Of a stretch of DNA of 64,000 nucleotides, positions 1-10,449 are shown piece by piece; position 1 is the stretch's first letter; each line of letters opens with the position of its first letter. The translations under genes and the position numbers were made by a program. The notes under the pieces are model-generated. The model made no database searches, was not told the DNA's origin, and worked only from the letters and a program-made list of their open reading frames with translations. This DNA comes from Myxococcota bacterium. Its GTDB lineage: Bacteria; Myxococcota_A; SURF-8; G963663525. The DNA lies in NCBI GenBank assembly GCA_963676915.2, contig CAXXVK010000012.1, positions 66,536 through 130,535 of the forward strand. Direction: 5' to 3'.

Positions 1-2580
1 GCCGAAGACCTGTTGATCCCTCTTGAACCGAACCAGAAACTAGGACAAGTAGAGGGACTTCGAGGAAACATCGACATGTCGGCCTACCCCGAAGTGTTGC
101 GAGGACAAGACGTTTTCTTCACTCAATCCGCTTTCGCCATGAATGGCAACCTGATGAACCACGATTTCGGCTCGATATTGGGAGAACTCGTGGATACCCC
201 CATTCATTTAGGATCGCTCATAAGCGACGACCTGCCTGTTTCCTCTGGATATGTCGGTGGTTTGGCAAACTCCAACTTCCGCGAGGAGTTCGATATTGTT
301 GGAAAGCCGTCTTCCTTTCCTCGCTACGCCTGGACGCTTGGAGGATATACCGACCTGAGCAGCGTGATCGACATCATTAGCTCAGACGAAAGCGAAGGAA
401 ATCCGGCGTACATGTTCTCGGCCCTCCATCAGCTTTTGGATGGAACCCTCTGGCACGGCACGTCTGTTTCCAGCGATTTATCTGAAGTTTCAGGTAGTTG
501 GGACACCGAAAACAACAACCAGCCTCTCTATTTCGGTAGTTTGCCGGAACGCTCCATGGCTGTAACCGAACCCACAAGCCAGAGAATCTCGGTTCAGGTT
601 CCTGCCCAGTCTTCGATTCCTACCCTCGAAAGTTCCTTATGCCCGGACGTGCTGCTTTCCGTCGTGACCGCCAACCGCTTCGGATACGGTCAAATTCCAC
701 TGGGATACTCCATATCGCAACTGGAAACGGGCTGCACGAGCGGACGAACCCTCGACATCGGCTACGCTCCTCAGCACGACGGCATGGACGATTTCCCCTA
801 CAATATCATCGTAATGGCGCTGAATCTGAACGAAGCTTTAGCCGATGAAAGTATCGATACACTCTACTATTACCTGTTCTTCGAGCCAGCATTTATGTAT
901 TACTATTTCCCGCTGGTTACGTCTTTCGGTTCGATGTCCGTCTACCGCGTACAGGCTGGAGAAATGCCACCTCCCAGCCTCGACGCTCCCCCTGCTTCGA
1001 AGTACGTCGCCAATGCCGTATGGAATCCAAGTACGTTGCAATTCACGGCAGAGGGCGTTCCCGGTGAATCCCTTACCCGCGTAACCTTCAGCAAGGATTT
1101 CGATGCCTACACCAGCGTTTGGGAACGGAAACGGTGGATTGTCTATTATCCCAACAGCCTGACCGTGGACTTTACCCTTCCCACTGGATTGGAAGGTTCG
1201 GAATCCACACGTCTGTACAGCCTCGAAGACAACGCCATCGAAGCCCAATCAGCACGAATGACTCTGGAAAACAGCGGTGCTCTCATTGGCTACGACGCGC
1301 TGCTGGAATTCAACCAAACCAACCTCGACCGAGTAAACCAGTGGTTGGAATCCACCAGTTACTTCCCGGTTGTCCAGGATGAATACGTAGATCCCTGCGA
1401 GTCGGTTTCCTGTGGCACAAACGCCCATTGCGTCGAAGGCCACTGCGTCTGCGATACGGGCTATGAGGGAGATCCCACCACCGAATGCACAGCCGTCGTT
1501 CTGCATGATTTCAGTGCAACGCTTATCAATGCTTCAGGCTCGAACGTCAGCAACATTCCGGTGCAAATCTATTCAACGGCAACAGGAACGGAACTGACAA
1601 GCGAGCCGTTGATTTCCGATGCAGAAGGAAAAATCTATTTCGATTATGCAGAACAACAAAGCGGTACGATAGATATCCTTGCTTCGGGCAACGACATGTA
1701 TCGGAATTCATCCACGTATTCCCTGGACCCGTACTCGCAAAACGTCGAGTTGCTTTTGTATGAAACCTCAACAGTTTCCGCGTTGTACTCCATGTTGGGA
1801 GTCACATCGGAAGAAGGAACCTCCATGGTCATCGGCCAGTTATTCTGGACCGATTCTCAAGGAGAAAAGGAACCGATTGCCTGCGCAAAAATAACAACGA
1901 ACGATATGACGGGAACCGAAGATTCCGGCTACCTGGCTCGCGTCCGCTATGCCGATGAATCAAGTAACCTTGTTTCGCTGGAACAACAGGATTCCACAAG
2001 TACGGCTGCCTTATTCATCATTTTCAACGTTCCGGCCGGAGAAACCACATTCAACGTGTGGATTTCAGGCGAGATCCTCACATCGTTCACCCTACGGATC
2101 ATCGGTGATTCAACGGCCTTTACACCCTTTATCCTGCCGTACGAACAGTTCTCAACCAATCCATCGACCTGCACACCAAGTTGCCAGGATGGCCAGGTCT
2201 TTGCGGACGACGATTGCCGGACGATCGGCTTTAGTTCCTGTCAGGCGGGTTGTTCGAACGTAAATTGCCCAGGAACCTACGAAATGTGCACCGTGGACAA
2301 CGGAGAATGTCAACCCGTGTACTGCACCGCAGATACCGACTGCTACAACCTCTGGCAATGCGATGGAGAAGAGACCGTATCCACCCAATGGTTCGGCTGC
2401 GATACGAGCGTCAACAAATGCCTGCGAGGCGGAGGGGAATCACCCGATTTCTGTACGGGATATACCGGTTCCCATTACTGCTGCCAAGCCCACAATCCTT
2501 GTGGATGGGCAGAAAACGGCACATGCGATTGCGAAGATACCTGTTCATGGGAAGCAGGAGAATGCGGCCTGACAAGGTAA
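1..2580 (+). CDS. Large secreted/surface protein, 5'-truncated, with EGF-like, carboxypeptidase-regulatory-like and C-terminal Cys-rich (LNR-like) segments
   Basis: Frame open from base 1 (ORF 13..2580). EGF-like CESVSCGTNAHCVEGHCVCDTGYEGDPTTEC; C-terminal CGWAENGTCDCEDTCSWEAGEC; acidic composition. Confidence 0.7.
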   Translation, partial: AEDLLIPLEPNQKLGQVEGLRGNIDMSAYPEVLRGQDVFFTQSAFAMNGNLMNHDFGSILGELVDTPIHLGSLISDDLPVSSGYVGGLANSNFREEFDIVGKPSSFPRYAWTLGGYTDLSSVIDIISSDESEGNPAYMFSALHQLLDGTLWHGTSVSSDLSEVSGSWDTENNNQPLYFGSLPERSMAVTEPTSQRISVQVPAQSSIPTLESSLCPDVLLSVVTANRFGYGQIPLGYSISQLETGCTSGRTLDIGYAPQHDGMDDFPYNIIVMALNLNEALADESIDTLYYYLFFEPAFMYYYFPLVTSFGSMSVYRVQAGEMPPPSLDAPPASKYVANAVWNPSTLQFTAEGVPGESLTRVTFSKDFDAYTSVWERKRWIVYYPNSLTVDFTLPTGLEGSESTRLYSLEDNAIEAQSARMTLENSGALIGYDALLEFNQTNLDRVNQWLESTSYFPVVQDEYVDPCESVSCGTNAHCVEGHCVCDTGYEGDPTTECTAVVLHDFSATLINASGSNVSNIPVQIYSTATGTELTSEPLISDAEGKIYFDYAEQQSGTIDILASGNDMYRNSSTYSLDPYSQNVELLLYETSTVSALYSMLGVTSEEGTSMVIGQLFWTDSQGEKEPIACAKITTNDMTGTEDSGYLARVRYADESSNLVSLEQQDSTSTAALFIIFNVPAGETTFNVWISGEILTSFTLRIIGDSTAFTPFILPYEQFSTNPSTCTPSCQDGQVFADDDCRTIGFSSCQAGCSNVNCPGTYEMCTVDNGECQPVYCTADTDCYNLWQCDGEETVSTQWFGCDTSVNKCLRGGGESPDFCTGYTGSHYCCQAHNPCGWAENGTCDCEDTCSWEAGECGLTR

Positions 2581-2606
2581 CATTTGTGAAGAGAGGAAAG
2601 TTCAGA

Positions 2607-3557
2607 TTACAAATCTAGGTGCTTTTTCCGACAGCAGGTTTTGAACTGTTGGGTAACGTCCAAGACACCTTCTAAAATACCGGTGGTATCTTCTGCGTTT
2701 GTATCGAGCAAGACTAACAGTCGGTCGAAGGCTTCCAAAGCGGGGGTCATGGAAGCATCGAAATGGTTGTGGTCGTGCATCCGCTCTTGAATAAGACGAC
2801 CGGAGCGGAGCATCGCCGGAGAAACACCCTCCCCCACTGCCTGAGATGCCGTCATAGCGCTCCAGAATCCCAAGAAAAACAAGGTGCTATCCTTGCTTGT
2901 CTCTTTGGAAAACCAACGGACCAGTTCCAAATGACATTGAGCGAAGGCTTCGGGATTGCGATGGCCCCGTTCATAGTGAAACAAGGCCTGCTCCATGGCT
3001 GTCACGAGTTTTTCGGGGAGCCAGGCATTTTCCTTTTTCATAAGACGTTTGATGGCCAGACTGTTGGACACACGACTTTCACGGTCCAACTCATCCAATA
3101 GGGGAGCAACGGCGAGCATCAGTCCCACCGAGAACGCCTCCCACTCGGGATATTGCCGTTTAAGGCTTCTGCCGTTTTTGAGCCAGAATCCCGTGCTCTC
3201 TTGATACAGCTTTCTAAAAACTTCTCTGTTCTCTTCACTTAAGCGATCCGAACAGAATGTAGAAACCCATTGCAAAGCACTCCAGGCGTCGCTTTGCGCA
3301 AGGCAGGGCACAGGAATCACTACGGCGGTTTGTAATGTGGAAGAAGCGGATTCAGTCGCCTCGGTAGTAGTGGTGTCCATAGTTGGAGTTTCAGGGATCG
3401 AAACAACCTCAGAAGAGGTTGGAGATTCCTCGGTTTGGGCTGAAGCAAGGTTGAATCCGGCAACCATCACTGACACAGCAAGCATTCCACCGAGGATGAA
3501 ATGACCCGAAAAGGATGAAAAATAAAGATCTCGACGCGAAAAAGGAAAACGTTTCAT
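2607..3557 (-). CDS. Hypothetical exported protein
   Basis: Long ORF; probable start MKRFPF at 3557; hydrophobic signal ending ASA; Ser/Thr-rich linker, then a helical domain. Confidence 0.6.
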   Translation of the reverse strand: MKRFPFSRRDLYFSSFSGHFILGGMLAVSVMVAGFNLASAQTEESPTSSEVVSIPETPTMDTTTTEATESASSTLQTAVVIPVPCLAQSDAWSALQWVSTFCSDRLSEENREVFRKLYQESTGFWLKNGRSLKRQYPEWEAFSVGLMLAVAPLLDELDRESRVSNSLAIKRLMKKENAWLPEKLVTAMEQALFHYERGHRNPEAFAQCHLELVRWFSKETSKDSTLFFLGFWSAMTASQAVGEGVSPAMLRSGRLIQERMHDHNHFDASMTPALEAFDRLLVLLDTNAEDTTGILEGVLDVTQQFKTCCRKKHLDL

Positions 3558-3586
3558 AATTTTTTCCGAATGATAAGAGTCGCGGT

Positions 3587-4666
3587 TCAGGGTAACACCT
3601 CTTGCTGCGGTACAGGTTTCGATGTGGTTGGAGGCTGCGACCAATTCACCCGCTGCAACGAAAAGTCAAAGCAGAAGGGTGTCTTGGCGCTCTCCGAGTT
3701 CGAAACCGACATACGATTTCCGGGTACTTTATCGAGCGTAAAGGTGACCTGTTTTTCACCCATGACAATTTCTTTGAAGCGGGTTTGCTCTCCGCAATTC
3801 ATCGAGAACGTGTAAAAAACTTCCGCATTTTGTGGAGTAACGGTGGCAACAACATCAACCGCTTCAGTCATCTCGAAAGGAATATCCGCTTTTGTTCCAG
3901 GAGGCAGGCAAATGTTTTTCTGTTCCAGGTATTGGGAAGACCGAAGATTTTCCGTTGCTTCCGAAAAAGCGCTGTTTAAAGCGACAGGTGTGGGAGAAAA
4001 CGCCGCCACCGCCTCTTTAGCCGACCAAACAGGTGTGAGCCAGCGTTGTCCATTCGGAAGAGCTTCCCCTCGGGACAATCCGACGAACGTCCCGTTTGCA
4101 TACGCAAAGGCCACGCTGTCTATAGACGAAGAAGCGGAGGAATTGGTAATCCGCAAAGCTTCCAAACCTTCGGCTGTCTCCAGTCGAAGCACTTGGTTAT
4201 CATCGGTAACCGATAGTGTACCTTCCGAATTTAATGAAACAAGAAACAGATGGACATTGCGCAATCCGAAAGAATCGAGAGGCTTTTTCAACATTCTAGG
4301 AGCGGGGTGGCGGCAATCGTCGCCATACAATACCGCCAGATCGAGTTCGGGATCGACCCAAAGAAGTCTGGAATACGTGCAACTTCGATCGGAAAGATCG
4401 CGCCCCACGATGCTTTTGGCACGAATCACTGTAGAGGCATGCGACAGCAGCAGGTTGTCCTTGAATACGACACCTAAGCCGGTCCATTTTGCAGTCTCGC
4501 TATGGTCCCCCTCGAAACGAAATCCTTCGACATCGAGAATCTGCACCCATTCCCGCCATTCATGAGACGAAGAACGAGGATCGAGATTTTTCGGAGCGCA
4601 GGCCGAAAACAGCAATACAAGCCAAATCACAGAAAAAACCGGCCAAACCAAACGATTGCGGGTCAT
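3587..4666 (-). CDS. Lipoprotein with degenerate trypsin-like (S1) domain
   Basis: Lipobox LFSAC; GLGVVF..LLLSHASTV, DPELDLAVL and NGTFVGLS resemble the HtrA/trypsin fold, but the catalytic His and GNSGG motifs are absent. Confidence 0.55.
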   Translation of the reverse strand: MTRNRLVWPVFSVIWLVLLFSACAPKNLDPRSSSHEWREWVQILDVEGFRFEGDHSETAKWTGLGVVFKDNLLLSHASTVIRAKSIVGRDLSDRSCTYSRLLWVDPELDLAVLYGDDCRHPAPRMLKKPLDSFGLRNVHLFLVSLNSEGTLSVTDDNQVLRLETAEGLEALRITNSSASSSIDSVAFAYANGTFVGLSRGEALPNGQRWLTPVWSAKEAVAAFSPTPVALNSAFSEATENLRSSQYLEQKNICLPPGTKADIPFEMTEAVDVVATVTPQNAEVFYTFSMNCGEQTRFKEIVMGEKQVTFTLDKVPGNRMSVSNSESAKTPFCFDFSLQRVNWSQPPTTSKPVPQQEVLP

Positions 4667-5042
4667 ACCACTATCTCCAAAACAGGATTCATCACGTTTT
4701 CCAACATTGAACCGTAAAAAAGGGATCACGGGAGCATTGTACTCGTCCGTCGGAAACATGCAAGCCAGTGAAGAAAATGATGAATGCGGAAAGAGGGGAA
4801 TGAAATCTCTAAAAGTACTTTGTTGTGATAATTCGAGAGAAAACCAATAATAAACGAAAACCTAGCTCCTTGGTTAAGACCAGTATTTCCACGCAAAAAC
4901 ATGAAGTTGCAAAAACGAATCACGATTTTGGAACTTCGTAGGAAAAAAATCGAAATCGAAAGCTTCTTTTTCTAGTCTCCAGAGGACTTTGTGGTAGGAT
5001 AAATGCCTCGAAAACGATCGAAACGCAACAAGGAGACAATAC

Positions 5043-5519
5043 ATGCCTGCGGAAGATTTCCGACTGCTGAAAAGTTTTCTCGAAGAACGCCCCGTAGCTG
5101 TTCGAGCTGCCGAACCACTAAAAGATGGTACGATTTTTCAAATGAACATCGTCGGCGACGATGCTTCTTACTACGTCGAGCGTGAGGCCAAACGTACGGT
5201 TCTCAAAGAGGGCACCCTACCCCGAAACCCGGATATTACGTTCACAATCAGCCAGGCCGCCATCAAGCGACTGCATGATTTCGACTCCAACAATATCGGA
5301 GCCTATGGCGTCGAATTCTTTAAAATCATGGTTTCCGACGACCCGGAACTGTCACTGGATGCTAAGCTGAATATCGGCTTTTTCAAACTGACAAGACTGG
5401 GTGTTTTCAAGATTCTGGCCAAAGGTGGACCGGAAGTCATGTCCTTTCTTGCAACACGAGGCTTGGGCAGTCTGAAGGCTATCGGCAAAGCCATCAAAAA
5501 ACTGACGGGTAAAAATTAA
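5043..5519 (+). CDS. SCP2/sterol-carrier-like small protein
   Basis: 158 aa ORF with AGGAG RBS; pattern IFQMNIVG..YYVE..VLKEG..PDITFTIS typical of SCP2-like lipid-binding domains. Confidence 0.55.
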   Translation: MPAEDFRLLKSFLEERPVAVRAAEPLKDGTIFQMNIVGDDASYYVEREAKRTVLKEGTLPRNPDITFTISQAAIKRLHDFDSNNIGAYGVEFFKIMVSDDPELSLDAKLNIGFFKLTRLGVFKILAKGGPEVMSFLATRGLGSLKAIGKAIKKLTGKN

Positions 5520-5548
5520 TTCCCCAGCGATCAAGTGGGTCAGGAAAC

Positions 5549-8500
5549 ATGGCACGATACAAACTCCTCATCGTAGATCCGGACAGGGATTTCGTAGACC
5601 AACTCAAAGAGGACTTCGAATCCGCACCGGTGGTTATAGAATACGCAGAATCCGGTCGAAAATGCATGGAAGTTGCGCAACGTGTGGAACCGGATGTCGT
5701 CATTCTTGAAATGAACCTTCCCGACACGACAGGATTCAACCTGTTTAAAGGCATCAAAATCCTACCGGCCACGCGACAGTCGACGGTCGTAATAATGGGA
5801 AGCGACGTCCACCCGAAAACCTTTGAGGAGCATCAAAAGCTCTCCCGCCATGCCGATGTGTATCTGCATAAACCGTTTACAGCCGCACATCTCTATTCCG
5901 AACTAAGTCTGATTCTGGGTTGGGAACCTTGGGGAGATTCACCTCCGCAGACCTTGGAACAAACTGTGGTTTCCCTCGATCAAACATGGATCGACCATTC
6001 CGACGACTTGGCCAAAACCGACATTCAGGGACTGCAAAGCGAAGCCAGCACATCAGTTAGTTATCTTGCGCCTGAAGGTTCCGTTCCTTCCGGAGACGAC
6101 AACGACGAAATCATTGCCAAGCTTCGAGAAGAACTGGCTCTTAGTCTTCATCAACGAGCTTCTGTAGAAGAAAAGCTGGAAGCCACCGAGCAAAGCAACC
6201 GGGAACTTTCTCAACGCATTGAAGAACTCGAATCGAAAAAGACCAGTGAAAACGGTGAAGAACGTAAAGCACTGGAAAAACGTATCTCCGAATTGGAGCG
6301 GGAACGAGACCAGTATCGCCGAACCTGGCAGGAAGAAAAAACCAAGTATCAACGAACGGAAGAACTTCGCCGTTCGGCTGTGGAAAAAGCGAAATCCTTT
6401 GCGGAGAACGCCCGCAAAGCCCAATCGCTGTACAAAACCGCCAAACAGAAATACCAGGAGGAAAACTCCCGTTCGATCGAACTTGCAAAGAAATTGAGCG
6501 ATGTGGAATCCACGCTCTCTTCCCAAAGCCTCGAACTCGATCCGATTCGCCTCGAACTCGAGCAGGAACACAAGCGATTCGAGGCACTGGAAAGCGACCT
6601 CACCCGTCAACAAGAAGAACTAGACAACAGCCGTCAAGAAGCACAAGCCGCTCGGGATGAATTGACCGAAACACAGGAACGTGCCGAAACACTGGAAAAC
6701 AACCTGGAAACCGTGCGTGCGGAACTTTCGGAACTACAAGAAAAGAACGCAGAACTCGTCGAGTTGTCCGAAGAGTTGAAAACCCAACTAGAAACACGCA
6801 ACCAGGAACTGGAAGCACGGGAATCGGATATCGCCGGTGTTCGTTCCAAAGCCTCCACCGCTGAAGAAGAAGCGGAAACACTGCGGATCAAAGTGGAGGA
6901 ACTCGAGGAAGAAACATCCCGTCTTCGCGACGAGGCAGAGCAAACCCGAAAAGAACTCGAAACCGAGTGGAGCGAGAAAGTCGAAAACCTGCTTAATGAG
7001 AGGGAAAATCTCGTTTCCGAGTGGAAACAGAAGCTGGAAGAAACCGAAGCGGATCGTTCTGAATTAAAAGAAAAACTCGAAGAAACACAGCAAGACGAAA
7101 ATTCGCTGAAAACCGAGTTGGAAACGAAACTTACACAGTTGGAACAACAGCTTGCAGAAAAAGACGACCAACTGCGTATTGCGAAAGAAGAAGCCGAAAA
7201 GCATCTTGAATCCGTTCGTTCGGAATCTACAGTGCAGCTTGAAGATATCGAAAGCCGCCTTGCCGAAAAAAGCCGTTGGATCGAGGAGTTGGAAAAAGAG
7301 TTGGAAACCAGTGGCGAGAAAATCACTTCACTCGAAGAAGATCATCGCCAAGCGCTGGAATCGTTGCAAAAAGAACTGGAATCCCGCAACGAAGAGTTGG
7401 AAATCCTTCGCCAAAAACTGACCGACGCTCCTACCCAGCAGCAACTGAACCAGATCCAGGAAGAAGCACAAAAACTCGCCGAACAATCCCATGAGGAAAC
7501 GCAACAAAAAGAACGGGAACTGGAAGATAGCCGGAAACAGTGGGAATTGGAACGGGAACAGTGGCTCGAAAAGGAGAAAGCACTCGAGACAGAGCGAGAC
7601 GATCTGAAGCGAGAACTCGCTGAAATCGGGGAGAAAATCCAACAGTTGGAAGACGAAGCCGAAACGACTTCCAAAGACTTCAAGGAGCAGTTGAAAGAAC
7701 GTGAAATTCAACTCGAACACCTGCGCCGAGAATCCGAAGTCAAAGCCGAGGAAACCCAAAAACTACTCGAATTACGACAAGAGGAAACCGAGCAACTCGG
7801 CGGTCAAATGGCCGACAAACTCAATGAAGTAAAAGAAATTCTAGCCGAACGCGACAAGCAGCTTGAAGAACTCGAGAACGAGTTGGAAGCTGAAAAAGAA
7901 GAAGCCCGTCGTGCCCTGGAAGAAAAGGACAAAGTGCTTGCACAAGCCGAGCAAGATGCCCAGGAAAAACTTGCTCAGGCTCAAAAGGAAATCATCGAGC
8001 GAGAAAACGAACTCACTCAATTGCGAGAAGAAATCAAAACCCTCGAACCGGACGAAGAGCAACTAGCCGAAAAAGAAGGCGAGTTGTCTCGGCTTCACTC
8101 GGAAATAAACGCCCAACGTGAGGAATACGAGCGCCAACTCGAAGAAATGAAGCAAAAGCTGGAGCGCCGTGAAAAAGAATTGAACGACTTACTGGAGCAA
8201 TCGAGCGTTCGTCTGATCAATTCCCACGAAAAATTGCAGGAAAAAGCCGAAGTGATCCAGATGCTCAACGACCGTTTGAAGCGTCGTGAGATGGAATCAA
8301 ATGCCAGTGATTCCGATTGGCAAAAACGCCTCAAAGAACTGGAAGCCGAGTTGGAGCACGCCCGTAAAGAAGCGTATAACCACGGAGCACAAATTTTCGA
8401 GTTGGAAGACGGTCTTGAAGCCGCCAAGGAACGCCTGGAAGAAACCAACCGTCAGTTGGAAGAAAAACGTCAGGCTGTCGAACCTCTGGAAAAAGAAATC

Positions 8501-9448
8501 GCCGACCTCAAAGCAGCACTCGAAGAAGCCCGGGTAAAGCTTGAAAATCAAAAGGATCAAGGCGTGGTCTACGCGGAGGAAATCGATACTTTGGAAGCTT
8601 CGATCGAGGAAAAAACGGAGGCTTTGGAGGAATCCGAGCAGGCACGTATCCAGTTGGAAGATCGCTTGCGAGATATGGTCGAAACTCCATTCCCGCAGAA
8701 AAATGGCGAAGTACTCGTCAGGCTCAAGAAAGCCAACGAAGAACTTACCCGCAAAGTGGAAACTCTGCAAAACGAGTTGCAAAATCGTGGAGACGGTGTG
8801 CCGCCACTTCCTGCAAGTTTCGGGAATATCACTGTCCCAAACGTCGTGAAAACCTGGCTGATTTCCAAAGCCGAGGATATCGAGCTACCGAAAGAGATCG
8901 AAGCGATTCAGGGGATTGGCCCTCTTAAAAACAAACTGGCGCAGGGTTGGTCGTTGCTTCGCCGGATGGAAGACGATTTCCGCCGAGCGCGTGCGATGTT
9001 CGATGAAGTCGAGCGGGAGGACGCCGAGCGGATCGAAGAGTTGGAAAGCCGCCTCGATTCCATCGCTGAAGGCAATGGAGAAGGTGATTCCGTAAATCAA
9101 GCGGCTGTAGATATCTACCGGCAGAAAATCGAAGATCAAAAAAAGAAAATCACTCATCTAAACGAAGAATTGGAAACCGTACGGATGACGTTGTCGCAAT
9201 CCAATAGCGGGATTGTGATCGGCTCGGAAGACGAAGAATTGGCTCGGGAGAAGATGAAAGGTGAAATCGAAGGGTTACGACGTCAGGTCCAGGCTTCCCG
9301 CCACCAGATCAGCCAATACGAGGGAAGAATTCGCGCCATGGGTGACGAACGTTTCAAGACCAAGAGCCAATTGCTTAAAGCCGAGGAAAAACTGAAAGAA
9401 CTCGTCGAAATCATTCAACGTCACGATCCGAATTTCAAACTGGACTGA
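5549..9448 (+). CDS. FrzS/AglZ-like atypical receiver domain plus very long coiled coil
   Basis: N-terminal REC with Glu at the phospho-Asp position (VVILEMNLP) and the motif TFEEHQKLSRHADVYLHKP; about 1100 aa of E/K/L/Q-rich heptads. Confidence 0.8.
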   Translation: MARYKLLIVDPDRDFVDQLKEDFESAPVVIEYAESGRKCMEVAQRVEPDVVILEMNLPDTTGFNLFKGIKILPATRQSTVVIMGSDVHPKTFEEHQKLSRHADVYLHKPFTAAHLYSELSLILGWEPWGDSPPQTLEQTVVSLDQTWIDHSDDLAKTDIQGLQSEASTSVSYLAPEGSVPSGDDNDEIIAKLREELALSLHQRASVEEKLEATEQSNRELSQRIEELESKKTSENGEERKALEKRISELERERDQYRRTWQEEKTKYQRTEELRRSAVEKAKSFAENARKAQSLYKTAKQKYQEENSRSIELAKKLSDVESTLSSQSLELDPIRLELEQEHKRFEALESDLTRQQEELDNSRQEAQAARDELTETQERAETLENNLETVRAELSELQEKNAELVELSEELKTQLETRNQELEARESDIAGVRSKASTAEEEAETLRIKVEELEEETSRLRDEAEQTRKELETEWSEKVENLLNERENLVSEWKQKLEETEADRSELKEKLEETQQDENSLKTELETKLTQLEQQLAEKDDQLRIAKEEAEKHLESVRSESTVQLEDIESRLAEKSRWIEELEKELETSGEKITSLEEDHRQALESLQKELESRNEELEILRQKLTDAPTQQQLNQIQEEAQKLAEQSHEETQQKERELEDSRKQWELEREQWLEKEKALETERDDLKRELAEIGEKIQQLEDEAETTSKDFKEQLKEREIQLEHLRRESEVKAEETQKLLELRQEETEQLGGQMADKLNEVKEILAERDKQLEELENELEAEKEEARRALEEKDKVLAQAEQDAQEKLAQAQKEIIERENELTQLREEIKTLEPDEEQLAEKEGELSRLHSEINAQREEYERQLEEMKQKLERREKELNDLLEQSSVRLINSHEKLQEKAEVIQMLNDRLKRREMESNASDSDWQKRLKELEAELEHARKEAYNHGAQIFELEDGLEAAKERLEETNRQLEEKRQAVEPLEKEIADLKAALEEARVKLENQKDQGVVYAEEIDTLEASIEEKTEALEESEQARIQLEDRLRDMVETPFPQKNGEVLVRLKKANEELTRKVETLQNELQNRGDGVPPLPASFGNITVPNVVKTWLISKAEDIELPKEIEAIQGIGPLKNKLAQGWSLLRRMEDDFRRARAMFDEVEREDAERIEELESRLDSIAEGNGEGDSVNQAAVDIYRQKIEDQKKKITHLNEELETVRMTLSQSNSGIVIGSEDEELAREKMKGEIEGLRRQVQASRHQISQYEGRIRAMGDERFKTKSQLLKAEEKLKELVEIIQRHDPNFKLD

Positions 9449-9591
9449 TCTTTTTCGTCAACGTGGGGGATTAAAAACGCGGTATCGTTTGTTTACGAAC
9501 GGTGCGAATTTGTTACGAATTTGCTTTCGTAATGAGTTCTTCATAAGCTATTCGAAAAAGTAACAAAAACGATTGCAGAGAGGGTCGAAAC

Positions 9592-10242
9592 GTGGTCGAA
9601 AAGCCTCTATTTCCATTGTTTTTAAAATTGGATGGTCGCAAGGTGCTGGTGATCGGTGCGGGGACGATCGCTTTACGAAAAATCGAAGCCTTGCTGGAAT
9701 ACGGAGCGCAGGTTAGCGTGATCAGTCGGGACGCGAACGCCGAGATTCAAACAATGGCTTCCGAAGGAAAAATTCAGCTTGAGCTGGGCGAATTCAAGGA
9801 AGAAAGCGTCAAAGACAACATGCTCGTCATCGACGCCACCGGTGACGACGATCTCAGTCCCTGCGTCGTCGAAACCTGTCGTACGAATGGCGTGTTGCTG
9901 AACACCGTGGATATCCCCCCCGCCTGCGATTTCTACATGGCTTCTCGTGTCAGTCGGGGATACCTGCAAATCGGCATCTCGACAAGCGGCGCGTCTCCGG
10001 CACTGGCCAAGCGTTTGCGAGAACATCTCGAACGGCATTTTCCGGCAAAGTGGTCCGACTATCTCACCCTGCTTTCACAGGCAAGAGAGCGAATCAAAAA
10101 GGCAATTCCCAATAGTCAGAGAGTTCGCAGTTTGGCTGCGGAAGATTTATTGAAGCGCACTATGAACGACATGTTCGACGCCACGAAGGATTTAGACGAG
10201 GAAAACTTCGAACGCCAATTACGAGCTTTGGAAAAAAGCTAG
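9592..10242 (+). CDS. sirC: Precorrin-2 dehydrogenase/sirohydrochlorin ferrochelatase (CysG N-terminal/SirC type)
   Basis: FPLFLKLDGRKVLVIGAGTIALRK, NTVDIPPACDFY, IGISTSGASPALAKRLR. Confidence 0.9.
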   Translation: MVEKPLFPLFLKLDGRKVLVIGAGTIALRKIEALLEYGAQVSVISRDANAEIQTMASEGKIQLELGEFKEESVKDNMLVIDATGDDDLSPCVVETCRTNGVLLNTVDIPPACDFYMASRVSRGYLQIGISTSGASPALAKRLREHLERHFPAKWSDYLTLLSQARERIKKAIPNSQRVRSLAAEDLLKRTMNDMFDATKDLDEENFERQLRALEKS

Positions 10243-10405
10243 ATGTCATCCTAAAAATACCGACCGAAGATTTCGAGGTGATTTCGAGACGAATTCGTCG
10301 TTGTCGAGACGCGGAATACCGGGAGTCTTTCAAGTCGAGACCGGCGGCGAAGTCGACCGAAAGCGTCCGAAAGACGACAGGAGTATATTTTTAGGATGGC
10401 TTCTA
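10240..10405 (+). mobile_element. MITE-like element, copy 1 (166 bp)
   Basis: Ends TAGATGTCATCCTAAAAATA / TATTTTTAGGATGGCTTCTA; near-identical to three other copies; overlaps the sirC stop codon. Confidence 0.9.
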
Positions 10406-10449
10406 ATAAATTCTGTAGCTTTTAGATCACAACTTGGCGCAAATAAAAA

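Noticed and set aside
6100-9448. SMC/chromosome-segregation protein or DNA tandem repeat
   Set aside because: No Walker motifs or hinge; the repetitiveness comes from coiled-coil codon bias.
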